Shown piece by piece: positions 47,998 through 57,084 of a stretch of DNA of 64,000 bases (its first letter is position 1; each line of letters opens with the position of its first letter). Both the position numbers and the translations under genes were made by a program. The notes beneath the pieces were generated by a model. The model did no database searches. It saw nothing but the letters and a program-made list of their open reading frames with translations, and was not told where the DNA came from. Origin of the DNA: a virus; the IMG/VR virus record IMGVR_UViG_3300024999_000066, positions 1-64,000 of that record. The stretch is one strand, 5' to 3'.

Positions 47998-48560
47998 ATA
48001 CCATGTCGCGGAGAATAGTTTAATTCAAGTTCCCACCTCTTCCGTATACAGCAAGCTTCAAAGAAGTCAGGGTTCGAAGTAACCCTGTTCTGTTTCTCTA
48101 ATACGCCAATTTGGATAATCCAACGACGCTTATTGTTGTCCCAAGAAATCCCACTAACCCCTGTTTTATTATCTGATCTTTTCTTGGTGTTTCTGGAATT
48201 TACAAACCCAGCACAAGGCCTAAGATTAGAGATTGAATTGTTTAGAGGGTTTCCGTCGTAGTGATCAATTTCTGGCGGACAAGAGTCATTATGAAATAAA
48301 GCATAAATTACGCGATGCTCACTAAAACTTAACTTTCTACCGAAATTCACATGTGAAATGGTTAGTACCCTATAAAACATTCCTTTTGTGAGTTTCAAGC
48401 TTCCCGTAGGTTTACTTGCATACTTAGTGGTCCAGCATTTGTGAGCCCTTAGACTTCCAAAATGGTGGGTTGGCCTTTGATCTTTCCACTTGACATGCCC
48501 TGTGTCGAAATTAACTTCATAGGAGTCTGAAAGTATCTTTAAATCTAGGTGAATTGTCAT
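47982..48560 (-). CDS. Free-standing HNH homing endonuclease, antisense to the tail operon
   Basis: 'EHRVIYA...IDHYDGNPLNNSISNLR...N.RN...DNKTGVSGISW'; own promoter TTTACA-17 nt-TAGAAT at 48618-48590. Confidence 0.85.
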   Translation of the reverse strand: MTIHLDLKILSDSYEVNFDTGHVKWKDQRPTHHFGSLRAHKCWTTKYASKPTGSLKLTKGMFYRVLTISHVNFGRKLSFSEHRVIYALFHNDSCPPEIDHYDGNPLNNSISNLRPCAGFVNSRNTKKRSDNKTGVSGISWDNNKRRWIIQIGVLEKQNRVTSNPDFFEACCIRKRWELELNYSPRHGIQFKG

Positions 48561-48642
48561 AATATTTCCTTGTTTTTAAATGAGTAGATATTCTAGCAGA
48601 TAGATACTTGTTTGTAAAATAAATAATTTTAAGGATTCCAAC

Positions 48643-50094
48643 ATGGCAGGCGTAACTGACGCTGGATTTATCATTAAACGCTTAGCTGATATCTTAGCCG
48701 ATGATCGTGCTTTAGCAGTACAACTCTTTCAAGATTTGGTAGTTCCGGGTGATACCGTTGACGTATCAGATTCTTCCGCCCTAGGCCGACTCATCTCCCT
48801 AGCAGCTCCCTCTGAAGCTGACCTATGGGAAGCTGCTCAAGAAGTATATGCAGCCTTTGACCCAAACTCAGCAACAGGCATTGCTCTTGATAATCTTGTA
48901 GCATACGCTGGCATCACTCGTAAAGAACAAACCTTCACCACATCCTCTATTCTTGTTGCTGGTGATACTAACACACTAATTCCTGTAGGACAGACTGTAA
49001 GTAGCTCTACAACTGGCGAACAATTTACCACAGTTAGTGCCATTTCTCTGTCCCCAAGCAGCGCTAGTGGTATCACCGTCTCTGTGGTCACTCTACAGAA
49101 TAGCACAGCTTACACTATTAGTTATGCCAATACAACTAGCACAAACACCATCACATTTACATCTGATGCAAGTGCCAATGTTGCTGAAATCATAAATGGA
49201 TTGCAAGCTGTCATCGTAAGTGCCCACCCCACACTGACCAGTTCTGTGGTTGGGACAGGGGCCAGTTCTACGCTTGTTATTGATCGTAACGATGTCTTCC
49301 AAACTGTAAACTTCACTACATCCGTCAATCTTGGTATCATTAAAGTAAGGACAGTTGGGGAAGTAGTTGCGGTGGTTGCCGGTCCTATGGATCAACCCGC
49401 AAATACAATTGATACCATTCTTACGCCAATGCTTGGTTGGGACAGCGTAATCAACCCAATTGCTGCAAGTTCTGGGGAGGATCGCGAAACAGATGAACAA
49501 CTTCGTCTAAGGTTTCGCAATGGTAAGTTTGATAGGGCAACCAATTCTCTTGACTCCATCTACTCTGCCTTGATTAATCTAGATGGTGTGACTGAAGTAA
49601 CTATTTATGAGAATGATACAAGTCTTCCAGATGCTAATGGTGTTCCGGGGCATAGTTTCCTACCTATTATTTCTGGTGGATTGAGCACAGAGATTGCTAA
49701 TGCTATTTGGGAAAACAAACCAATTGGTATCTTGAGCTACGGCAACACCACAGTAAGCATCAATGATCAACAAGGCTTCCCACACGCAATCAGTTTCTCT
49801 CGTCCAAACCCTGTAGTTATCTATATCACCATGGATATTACAACGGATGTGGACTTCCCAGCCAATGGTCAAGATCAAATTCGTTCTGCCTTGATTGAAT
49901 ATTTTGCTGAGAACTTTGGCACAGGTGATGATGTTATTTATAGTCGTCTTTATACCCCAATTAACAGTATTCCTGGGCATCAAGTTAATAGTTTGACTGT
50001 AGGAACTTCTCCTAGTCCCGTTGGTGAGTCAAACGTTGTAATCGCTTTTGATCAGATTGCTAGCTTAAATAGCCTCAATATAATTATCACTTAA
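48643..50094 (+). CDS. Baseplate J-like wedge protein
   Basis: 'DPNSATGIALD', 'GEDRETDEQLRLR'. Confidence 0.85.
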   Translation: MAGVTDAGFIIKRLADILADDRALAVQLFQDLVVPGDTVDVSDSSALGRLISLAAPSEADLWEAAQEVYAAFDPNSATGIALDNLVAYAGITRKEQTFTTSSILVAGDTNTLIPVGQTVSSSTTGEQFTTVSAISLSPSSASGITVSVVTLQNSTAYTISYANTTSTNTITFTSDASANVAEIINGLQAVIVSAHPTLTSSVVGTGASSTLVIDRNDVFQTVNFTTSVNLGIIKVRTVGEVVAVVAGPMDQPANTIDTILTPMLGWDSVINPIAASSGEDRETDEQLRLRFRNGKFDRATNSLDSIYSALINLDGVTEVTIYENDTSLPDANGVPGHSFLPIISGGLSTEIANAIWENKPIGILSYGNTTVSINDQQGFPHAISFSRPNPVVIYITMDITTDVDFPANGQDQIRSALIEYFAENFGTGDDVIYSRLYTPINSIPGHQVNSLTVGTSPSPVGESNVVIAFDQIASLNSLNIIIT

Positions 50095-50104
50095 GGGGTA
50101 GTTT

Positions 50105-50929
50105 ATGTCTGAAATTATTCCTTTTGAAATTCAGCAGTATTTAGATGTCGCACGCTCTCGTGTAACTCAGCAATTTATGCTTGATGCTGACGGATCAGGC
50201 CCGGTCGTGTTTGATTCTTATCTCCAACTACTTCTTGGTGGAAAGATTGAACTTCAAGAAGTATTCAGACAACTAATGCAAGAACGTTCAATAGACACCG
50301 CTGCTGGTGCTCAGCTAGACATCATTGGCGAGATTGTTGGACAGCCCAGGGAGTTGATTGACACAGCCCTTCTTACCTATTTTGCTTATTTAGGTTATCC
50401 AGATGCTCAGTCCTACGGAGATTTAGGTATTTCAGGGGTTGGAGGGTCTTATAGGGGGTTGAATGATCCTTTAGCGGGTAATACAACGCTTAGTGATGAG
50501 CAATACAGACTCTTTATTAAAGCTAAAATCATCAAAAATAACACCAGTGTTACACCCCCTCAATTCGTTGAGTTCATGCAGTTTGTTTTCGGAATCGAAG
50601 CAAGTATTGTTGTGGCTGAAGGTAATGCCGAATTTACCGTAATGCTTGGTCGCGCATTGTCATCCTTTGAAAAAGTTCTTTTAAATTATGTTTCATATTC
50701 ATCGGGTTATCCGTCCAGATTTGTTCCAAAACCTATTGGTGTAAGGATCAATTTTGGAGAGTTTGACATTAACAACTACTTCGGGTTTCAGGGCGCCCCT
50801 GGTGCCAAAGGGTACGGGGATTTGACAACAATTGCAACTGAGGGTGGTTATGGAGATTCTTACGGGATGCTTTACGGTGGCCCTGATTCAATTGTAGTGG
50901 GCGGTGGTAAATATGCCTCCTTGTTGTAA
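50105..50929 (+). CDS. Baseplate wedge protein (DUF2612-like)
   Basis: 'IDTAAGAQLDIIGEIVG', 'LSDEQYRLFIKAKI.KN', 'PKPIGV'. Confidence 0.75.
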   Translation: MSEIIPFEIQQYLDVARSRVTQQFMLDADGSGPVVFDSYLQLLLGGKIELQEVFRQLMQERSIDTAAGAQLDIIGEIVGQPRELIDTALLTYFAYLGYPDAQSYGDLGISGVGGSYRGLNDPLAGNTTLSDEQYRLFIKAKIIKNNTSVTPPQFVEFMQFVFGIEASIVVAEGNAEFTVMLGRALSSFEKVLLNYVSYSSGYPSRFVPKPIGVRINFGEFDINNYFGFQGAPGAKGYGDLTTIATEGGYGDSYGMLYGGPDSIVVGGGKYASLL

Positions 50930-50952
50930 CACAAATTTTAAGGAATATTATT

Positions 50953-51984
50953 TTGGCTGAGATCAATAAACCCGACTATTCTCAAATATGGGCTTCGGGG
51001 GGAGCAATCGTAGCTCCTAGTGATGTAAAAATTCAAACAGGTTGGACTGCTGAAGTTCCTCCTTTTCAGTGGGAAAATTGGTCCCAAAATAGGCAAGACC
51101 AAGCCATTACCCACATTCTTCAGAAAGGCATCAGCGTTTGGTCTGCAACTGGAGAATATTATTTTACAAGCGCTGGAGAAAGATCCTATGTACAAGGAAG
51201 TGATGGTAATATATATGTAGCAGTTGCAGATAGTGTTAATCAAAATCCTGTTACAGATATAACTGACACCTATTGGAAATTAGCATTTGCCACCACCAAT
51301 TTAGCTACCACAACTACAGCTGGTATTGTTCAGTTAGCTACCACAGCCAACATGACAACAGGTACTTCGAACACCCTTATTCCCCCAGTTTCTGCCATCT
51401 CGGCTCAGCTACCTTTTCGTGGCTTCCAAGCATACACGTCGCCCGGTTCTTTCACATGGACCGTCCCGTCTGGTGTTACCAGATGTTGGGTGGAAGTTAT
51501 AGGTGCGGGCGGCAGCGGTGCTTTTTATGCATTAGCCACTGGCCCAAGTGGGGGTGGGGGTGGTGGAGTGGCCAAGAAACTTGTAGACCTTACAGGGGTC
51601 ACTTCTGTGGCTGTAGTTGTCGGCTCAGGGGGCGCTTCACAAACTACGTTGGGTAATAACGGTACAGCAGGGGGTAACAGCTCCTTCGGCGCTTTCTGCT
51701 CAGCAACAGGTGGTGGTGCTGGCCAGATTAGTGGCAGTGCCTCCTCTTCAGGGGTTGGTACTGGTGGTGATATCAACTACGGTATCGGTCAGGGTAGTCC
51801 CGCGCTAATGCTACCACCAGTAGCAAGCCCTGTTATGGGTGGTGGTGCAGGTGGTGGTGGCGAAAGTACGTTCGCTGCTTCGGGTGGTGCAAACCCAACT
51901 CAGGCTGGCATGGGCGGCGGCGGCAGGGTATCTGGTTCAGGATCAATCTCCGGCGCGGCGGGTGCTGTGCGTATCTGGTATTAA
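50953..51984 (+). CDS. Tail fibre protein with glycine-rich domain
   Basis: 'WASGG...KIQTGW..E.PP.QWENW'; 'FTWTVPSGVT...V.GAGG.G' Gly-rich domain. Confidence 0.8.
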   Translation: MAEINKPDYSQIWASGGAIVAPSDVKIQTGWTAEVPPFQWENWSQNRQDQAITHILQKGISVWSATGEYYFTSAGERSYVQGSDGNIYVAVADSVNQNPVTDITDTYWKLAFATTNLATTTTAGIVQLATTANMTTGTSNTLIPPVSAISAQLPFRGFQAYTSPGSFTWTVPSGVTRCWVEVIGAGGSGAFYALATGPSGGGGGGVAKKLVDLTGVTSVAVVVGSGGASQTTLGNNGTAGGNSSFGAFCSATGGGAGQISGSASSSGVGTGGDINYGIGQGSPALMLPPVASPVMGGGAGGGGESTFAASGGANPTQAGMGGGGRVSGSGSISGAAGAVRIWY

Positions 51985-52012
51985 CAATAAAATATATCTA
52001 ACATCAATATGA

Positions 52013-53971
52013 GTGAATACTATGGTACAGAAAGTCTCCCCATTTCTTGAAGGGAAATACGGTTGGAGTTTAGGAGAATCTAACTGGAATTTGGGCATGG
52101 ACGAAAACTTAGTAAAGTTTTCGTATATGTTCAATAGGAACATTGATGGGGTGGTTTCTAGCCTCCCGGCCCCGGTTAACGGGGAGGCATATTTCCTGAC
52201 AACAGACAATAGATTGTATTTTGCTGTTGATGGAATATTTTACAGCTCCCCTACCCCAAAATGGTTCACTGTTTACATTAAAAGCACTGGCCAAGCTTTC
52301 CAGTTTAATGGCACGACATTAGTAGAAAGTGATATCTTAAATCAGGCGAATGACTACACAGACGTACTTCGCGCAGATGTTTTAAACTCAGCCGACCCTT
52401 TGAAGGGTGCGACCATCGTTGGCTATGATGGCACTAACGTAGCCGCCCACCTTGATTCTATAAATTTTAGTTTGTCTGCTCTTGCAATTGCTACAAATAC
52501 TACCCAAGGTGCAGGTCTGATTGGGTATAGAGGAAGAACTGTACACGATAGGCTGGACGACTACCTTGATGCCGCAGACTATGGCGTTGTAGGCGACGGC
52601 GTAACAGATGATTGGGCTGCAATTAACGCATTTTTAGACCTGGCCTATGCTCAAAATAAGGTGGCAAAGTTCCCTGGCTGGATGGTTTGTGCCCACTCAC
52701 AGAAACTTGAGCTTTACCGGGGTAATAACTTTGCGATTGTTGGGGATGGATTCCCTACACTAAAATACACGGGTATTATTGCTGATGTTGCGGTATCTAT
52801 AGACCGTGGACCGATGGGTGGTGCGTATGGAATAGTTTTCCGAGATTTTAATATTGAAGGAAACTTTGTTTGTACCGATGCATTTTATAACCGAGCCATT
52901 AGTCACTCTGATATAAGCAACATTAGAGCATGGGGTGGTACAGCTTGTCTTTACAGAGTCGTAAGTGGTGTATGTAATAACTATACTAATTTACGACTAA
53001 CCAGTGTAGGTGGCAGAGTAGGGGCGCCAACAGGGACTCCAGCTGAAGGTATTCGGTTAGAAAGTCGAAGCGCTGGGGACTATTTGGCTTGGTGTACATT
53101 TGCCAACTTGATTGTAGAAAATGTACTGAACACAGGTATCCGTGCTTTAGATGCAACAGGAAACCTTTTCACAAGCGGCACCTCGGAGGGTAACGGTCGA
53201 GGGTTGTTGTTTGAGGAGCCTTGCAGAAACAACACTGTTATTAACATGGACTTTGAAGCTAATGGCGCGGCAGGCGACATTGTTGTAAATGGTCATTGTA
53301 ACAGTTTTCACAATCCACAGTGTATCTCTAGTGGTTCTTCAGTCAATATCTCTGTCCAAGTTTCAAAGGGAGCTACTTTCTTTGGTGGGTACTTACGGGC
53401 AGCGAATCTACAATCTGCCTCCTCAGATACAACTTTCATCGGGTGTGAATTCTCTGATAACGGTGCGTTAGGTATTACTGGGACAGGCTCTCACAGACGA
53501 ATAGGTTGTTATAAAACAGACAACGCAGGAAATATCACCTCTCGTTATGTAGACATTCTAGGGGCATTTGGTAGCTTCACACCTAGTCTGGTGGGGTCTA
53601 CAACCCCCGGAGTGAATACATATAGTGTAAGAACGGGGAGGTATGAGGTTATAGCGGGTCGGTGTTTCTTTGAAATAACTATTGTGTTAACTGCTAAGGA
53701 TGCTGCAATGGCAGGTATTGCCACAATTTCTGGGCTCCCTGTTGCTTCTTCTAATATAGCTAACTTAGCAGCTTCCGGTCAAGTGGGGACTTTTGGTAAC
53801 ATTGCATCGCCTGGCGCCGGATATACTGGACTGGGTTGGCGAATAGATCCTAACAGTACAAGTATGTTGTTGATTACATCTGGTTTCGGTAATGCTACAG
53901 CTACTGTCAGCTCAACCTCAATTGGGGCCACGAGCACACTTAATATTTCTGGCAGCTATCCAATTGCTTAA
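52013..53971 (+). CDS. Tail spike/fibre with pectate-lyase-like beta-helix (putative depolymerase)
   Basis: 'GAGLIGY.GRTVHDRL...DYGVVGDGVTDDWAAIN' beta-helix entry motif. Confidence 0.8.
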   Translation: MNTMVQKVSPFLEGKYGWSLGESNWNLGMDENLVKFSYMFNRNIDGVVSSLPAPVNGEAYFLTTDNRLYFAVDGIFYSSPTPKWFTVYIKSTGQAFQFNGTTLVESDILNQANDYTDVLRADVLNSADPLKGATIVGYDGTNVAAHLDSINFSLSALAIATNTTQGAGLIGYRGRTVHDRLDDYLDAADYGVVGDGVTDDWAAINAFLDLAYAQNKVAKFPGWMVCAHSQKLELYRGNNFAIVGDGFPTLKYTGIIADVAVSIDRGPMGGAYGIVFRDFNIEGNFVCTDAFYNRAISHSDISNIRAWGGTACLYRVVSGVCNNYTNLRLTSVGGRVGAPTGTPAEGIRLESRSAGDYLAWCTFANLIVENVLNTGIRALDATGNLFTSGTSEGNGRGLLFEEPCRNNTVINMDFEANGAAGDIVVNGHCNSFHNPQCISSGSSVNISVQVSKGATFFGGYLRAANLQSASSDTTFIGCEFSDNGALGITGTGSHRRIGCYKTDNAGNITSRYVDILGAFGSFTPSLVGSTTPGVNTYSVRTGRYEVIAGRCFFEITIVLTAKDAAMAGIATISGLPVASSNIANLAASGQVGTFGNIASPGAGYTGLGWRIDPNSTSMLLITSGFGNATATVSSTSIGATSTLNISGSYPIA

Positions 53972-54059
53972 CTTTTACTCTTTCTTATAGGGGTAAGTAA
54001 CTGTCCCGGTAGGGTGTGGTAAACATAAACACCTCCACACTAATTATGAGGCGCTGATA

Positions 54060-54599
54060 TTGAAAATCAACACACAAATTGCCAAGAAACTTGCAGCCTA
54101 TGGTGCTGCCATAGTTTTAGCTGGTGCTGGGACTGTCTCATACTACGAAGGTAAAGAGAACAAGGCTTATCTCGACCCTGTTGGAATTATCACAATTTGT
54201 TATGGCTCCACTAAGAATGTAAAGCTTGGCGATTACAAGACAGATGACCAATGCTACGAAAGTCTTGCAGAAGACTTAGTAGCACATGACAAGATCCTGA
54301 TGTCTGTAGTTAAAGTTCCTATGACAGACTATCAACATGCTGCATTCTTGTCATTCATTTATAACGTTGGTCCCGGTAAGAAGGGGGTGAAAGATGGATT
54401 TGTTCACCTCAAGAAGACAGGTAAACCTTCAACAATGTTACGCAAACTCAATGCTGGTGATTATGAAGGGGCTTGTAATGAGTTTCTGAATTGGATGCAG
54501 AAAGGACAAGGGATGTCCGGTATTGAGAAACGTAGGCGAGATGAAATGGCTATGTGCAAAGGAGAATATGATGAAGCTAAAAAAGCCAAAGTTGATTGA
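54060..54599 (+). CDS. Endolysin, GH24 lysozyme, likely SAR type
   Basis: E-8x-D-5x-T triad 'YEGKENKAYLDPVGIITICYG'; Ala/Gly-rich weakly hydrophobic N-terminus; 'GIEKRR'. Confidence 0.88.
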   Translation: MKINTQIAKKLAAYGAAIVLAGAGTVSYYEGKENKAYLDPVGIITICYGSTKNVKLGDYKTDDQCYESLAEDLVAHDKILMSVVKVPMTDYQHAAFLSFIYNVGPGKKGVKDGFVHLKKTGKPSTMLRKLNAGDYEGACNEFLNWMQKGQGMSGIEKRRRDEMAMCKGEYDEAKKAKVD

Positions 54600-54819
54600 T
54601 GATTGGAAAAAACAACTAAAGTCATATTCCGCACTCAGTTTATTTGCCAATGTCCTCATAGCTCTGGCATACGGCCTGTCTCTAGCATTTGGAATGGGGC
54701 TTGTTTACATGAGCCCTTTCTACATTGTTCTTGTAATGGGTGGTGTAGCGAGTCTAGGTTTTCTAGGTCGATTCATCAAACAAGTGGAAGATGACGAGGA
54801 TGAGGATAATGTTCAATAG
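54568..54819 (+). CDS. Putative holin
   Basis: AAGGAG SD; 'LIDDWK' then two TM segments and 'GRFIKQ'; overlaps the endolysin gene. Confidence 0.65.
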   Translation: MMKLKKPKLIDDWKKQLKSYSALSLFANVLIALAYGLSLAFGMGLVYMSPFYIVLVMGGVASLGFLGRFIKQVEDDEDEDNVQ

Positions 54820-55240
54820 CTGGATGTTCTACCTCATCCTTGGTTTGTCTGCAAGTACAGCAGCTTTAGGCTATCTTTCTCTATCTCTACACGATGATAA
54901 AGTGGTGGCTGTGGAAGCACTCAAGCAATCACAGGAAGCAGTTGCGGGGTATCAAAACGCCCTTAACTTGAAGTATTTATCTTGTCAGATTGATGAGGCT
55001 TCAACTGTACAATTAGAAGCTGATAAGAAAGGCCTTCAAACCCAGATAGAAATTATATCTGACAACATTGAGAAGCTAAGAAATTCCAAGCCTCAAGCTA
55101 AACAAGAGAACGTTAAGAATGAAAATCTTAAACCTAATGTCCTGCCTGATGATGGGTTGCTTAGTCCTAACATTGTCCGGCTGCTTCGGGAGGGGTACTG
55201 TGCCACCTACCCAACAGACAGTGAATGTCTTCCCAAGTGA
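54809..55240 (+). CDS. Inner-membrane spanin (Rz-like)
   Basis: N-terminal TM plus coiled coil; C-terminal Cys. Confidence 0.7.
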   Translation: MFNSWMFYLILGLSASTAALGYLSLSLHDDKVVAVEALKQSQEAVAGYQNALNLKYLSCQIDEASTVQLEADKKGLQTQIEIISDNIEKLRNSKPQAKQENVKNENLKPNVLPDDGLLSPNIVRLLREGYCATYPTDSECLPK

Positions 55241-55409
55241 TTCACTTTTGATCAATCCCTGCAAAGCAAAACCTGCTGGTGAAAGTTTGATTGATCTAGC
55301 CAAAGCTCAAAACAGCAACGTTGGTTGTATTGGGTTGTGGGAAAAGCAAATGGAAGCTATACGTAAGAACAAGCAGCAGCAAATGGAGCTTTACAAGAAT
55401 GCAAAATGA
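55119..55409 (+). CDS. Outer-membrane spanin lipoprotein (Rz1-like), overlapping the i-spanin
   Basis: Lipobox LSGC; 'PSDSLLINPC'; starts in another frame inside the i-spanin. Confidence 0.75.
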   Translation: MKILNLMSCLMMGCLVLTLSGCFGRGTVPPTQQTVNVFPSDSLLINPCKAKPAGESLIDLAKAQNSNVGCIGLWEKQMEAIRKNKQQQMELYKNAK

Positions 55410-55704
55410 TGCCAACAACCGGATGAACAATCTATTTGAAAGATCAGCTCTTGCACTTCTGGGTGTCCTTTTTACCATTCTTTTCACAGCCTCCCAATAC
55501 CAACGAGCTGACTTTAAAGCCTTGGAAGAAAAAGTATTGGTCATGCAGATGAATAAGGTTAACAAAGAAGACCTTAAGGACGTAGAGAATCGTCTTAACA
55601 TTAAGATGGATGCATTGGCCATCAACATGAGCCAAGAAGTTAGGAACACACGGGCAGATATTATCGACCGTATTGACATGGTGTTTGGTAAAGTTAAAAA
55701 ATGA
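55399..55704 (+). CDS. Membrane protein (1 TM plus coiled coil)
   Basis: GGAG SD; hydrophobic segment. Confidence 0.55.
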   Translation: MQNDANNRMNNLFERSALALLGVLFTILFTASQYQRADFKALEEKVLVMQMNKVNKEDLKDVENRLNIKMDALAINMSQEVRNTRADIIDRIDMVFGKVKK

Positions 55705-55716
55705 CGGGGGTCATTA

Positions 55717-56058
55717 ATGATATGGGTGATCATACGAAGGGTTGCAGACTTACTTACTTTGGTCTTGCTTATTATAATGATCTCCATTGTAATGACAAAC
55801 AACAAAAGTGTTGAAGATGTTGGTAACTTTGAACTAAAGCTTGATAACCTAAAACAAGATATGATCACTGTAATTGGTAAGAACGTTGACTATATGGACA
55901 GACGTTTAAACGGTTATGCTGAAACTCAAGATAGGTATCAAGTAAGTACAGATCAACGAGTGTATGTGTTGGAGCAAAGAGTGCTTCAACTACAGAATGA
56001 TAAGAAGACTAATCAGAAAATCATTAACAATAATTTAAATACTCTCACAACGAATTAA
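55717..56058 (+). CDS. Membrane protein (1 TM plus coiled coil)
   Basis: N-terminal hydrophobic segment. Confidence 0.55.
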   Translation: MIWVIIRRVADLLTLVLLIIMISIVMTNNKSVEDVGNFELKLDNLKQDMITVIGKNVDYMDRRLNGYAETQDRYQVSTDQRVYVLEQRVLQLQNDKKTNQKIINNNLNTLTTN

Positions 56059-56120
56059 AGCTAAGAACAAGAAGTCTCCTAAGACACATTAAGGATCGCC
56101 ATATCCTTTCTCAGAACTTC

Positions 56121-56155
56121 GCCCCGCGTCCGAAAGGATAGCGGGGCTTCTTTTC
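56121..56155 (+). terminator. Rho-independent terminator ending the late operon
   Basis: GCCCCGC-TCC-GAAA-GGA-GCGGGGC (with bulges) followed by TTCTTTTC. Confidence 0.8.
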
Positions 56156-56359
56156 GTCTGTAATAAAGTTACTCAGTGGTTTTTACAGCAGCTTCAAATT
56201 TAAACTTATCAACCCGGTTATCTATAGAAGTATTTTCAACAACTACTTCTTTCTCCTTCTTGTGAATGTAATACTGTCCAATAGCAACAACCATTAACAT
56301 ACACATGAGGATGGCAGCAACATCGATTAGAGGGTTTTTCATAATTGTTTCTCCTTATT

Positions 56360-56998
56360 CTAGTCCCAGAAAGAAAATAACTTACGTTGGATAATCTTAC
56401 AAACCAAGTCAAGATCATTTTGTTTAACACTTTCTCGCATTTTATAGAAGTTTTTACAGTTGATGTTAGGTAGTGTATTTGGCTTCTGATAGAAACCCCC
56501 GCCCATGAAATCTCCCTCTTTACGCTTCCAGCCTTGCACATCATTCGTATAATTATCTTCACGAATACGTTTTAGAAGTGTTGACACGATTAGCAGCTCC
56601 TTGGCTGTCTTCTCAGATTTCATAGCCATACCGTGATTCTTGTGGCACTCAGACATATCTTTTGTAGCAGCTTCCATGAACAAAAGCAAGCCTGAATAAT
56701 CCCAACAACGATATTGACGAAGAGCTTTGTGGAAGATGTATAGGTTCCTAAAGTATTTCCAAATATCGGCTACTTTAATTGCTGTGTAAACATCTGGAAT
56801 AAAGTATACAACATCTTGAGCAATGTTGAATCCCTTAGTTGTGATCCAATTAACTACAGGAGCTTTCTGCTTACACTCCTTGCGATGTTCAGCCCAGCCT
56901 TCCCATGTCAATGAACATGGATTCTTAAGGCCTGCTTTAGTTCGTATCCACTTAGCTAAAGGGCTTAGGGACCAATATGAGTATCTACGTTTGTACAT
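56360..56998 (-). CDS. Conserved hypothetical phage protein
   Basis: GGAG SD; 'R.WDY', 'K.L.SFWD'. Confidence 0.65.
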   Translation of the reverse strand: MYKRRYSYWSLSPLAKWIRTKAGLKNPCSLTWEGWAEHRKECKQKAPVVNWITTKGFNIAQDVVYFIPDVYTAIKVADIWKYFRNLYIFHKALRQYRCWDYSGLLLFMEAATKDMSECHKNHGMAMKSEKTAKELLIVSTLLKRIREDNYTNDVQGWKRKEGDFMGGGFYQKPNTLPNINCKNFYKMRESVKQNDLDLVCKIIQRKLFSFWD

Positions 56999-57010
56999 TT
57001 ATTTCTCTCC

Positions 57011-57045
57011 AAAAGAAAAGGACCAGAGCTTTCGCCTTGGTCCTT
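57011..57045 (-). terminator. Rho-independent terminator after nrdA
   Basis: AAGGACCA/TGGTCCTT stem followed by a U-tract on the - strand. Confidence 0.65.
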
Positions 57046-57084
57046 AGTTTAGGCTTCTTTCAAAGCTGTGTCAAATTTTATTTT

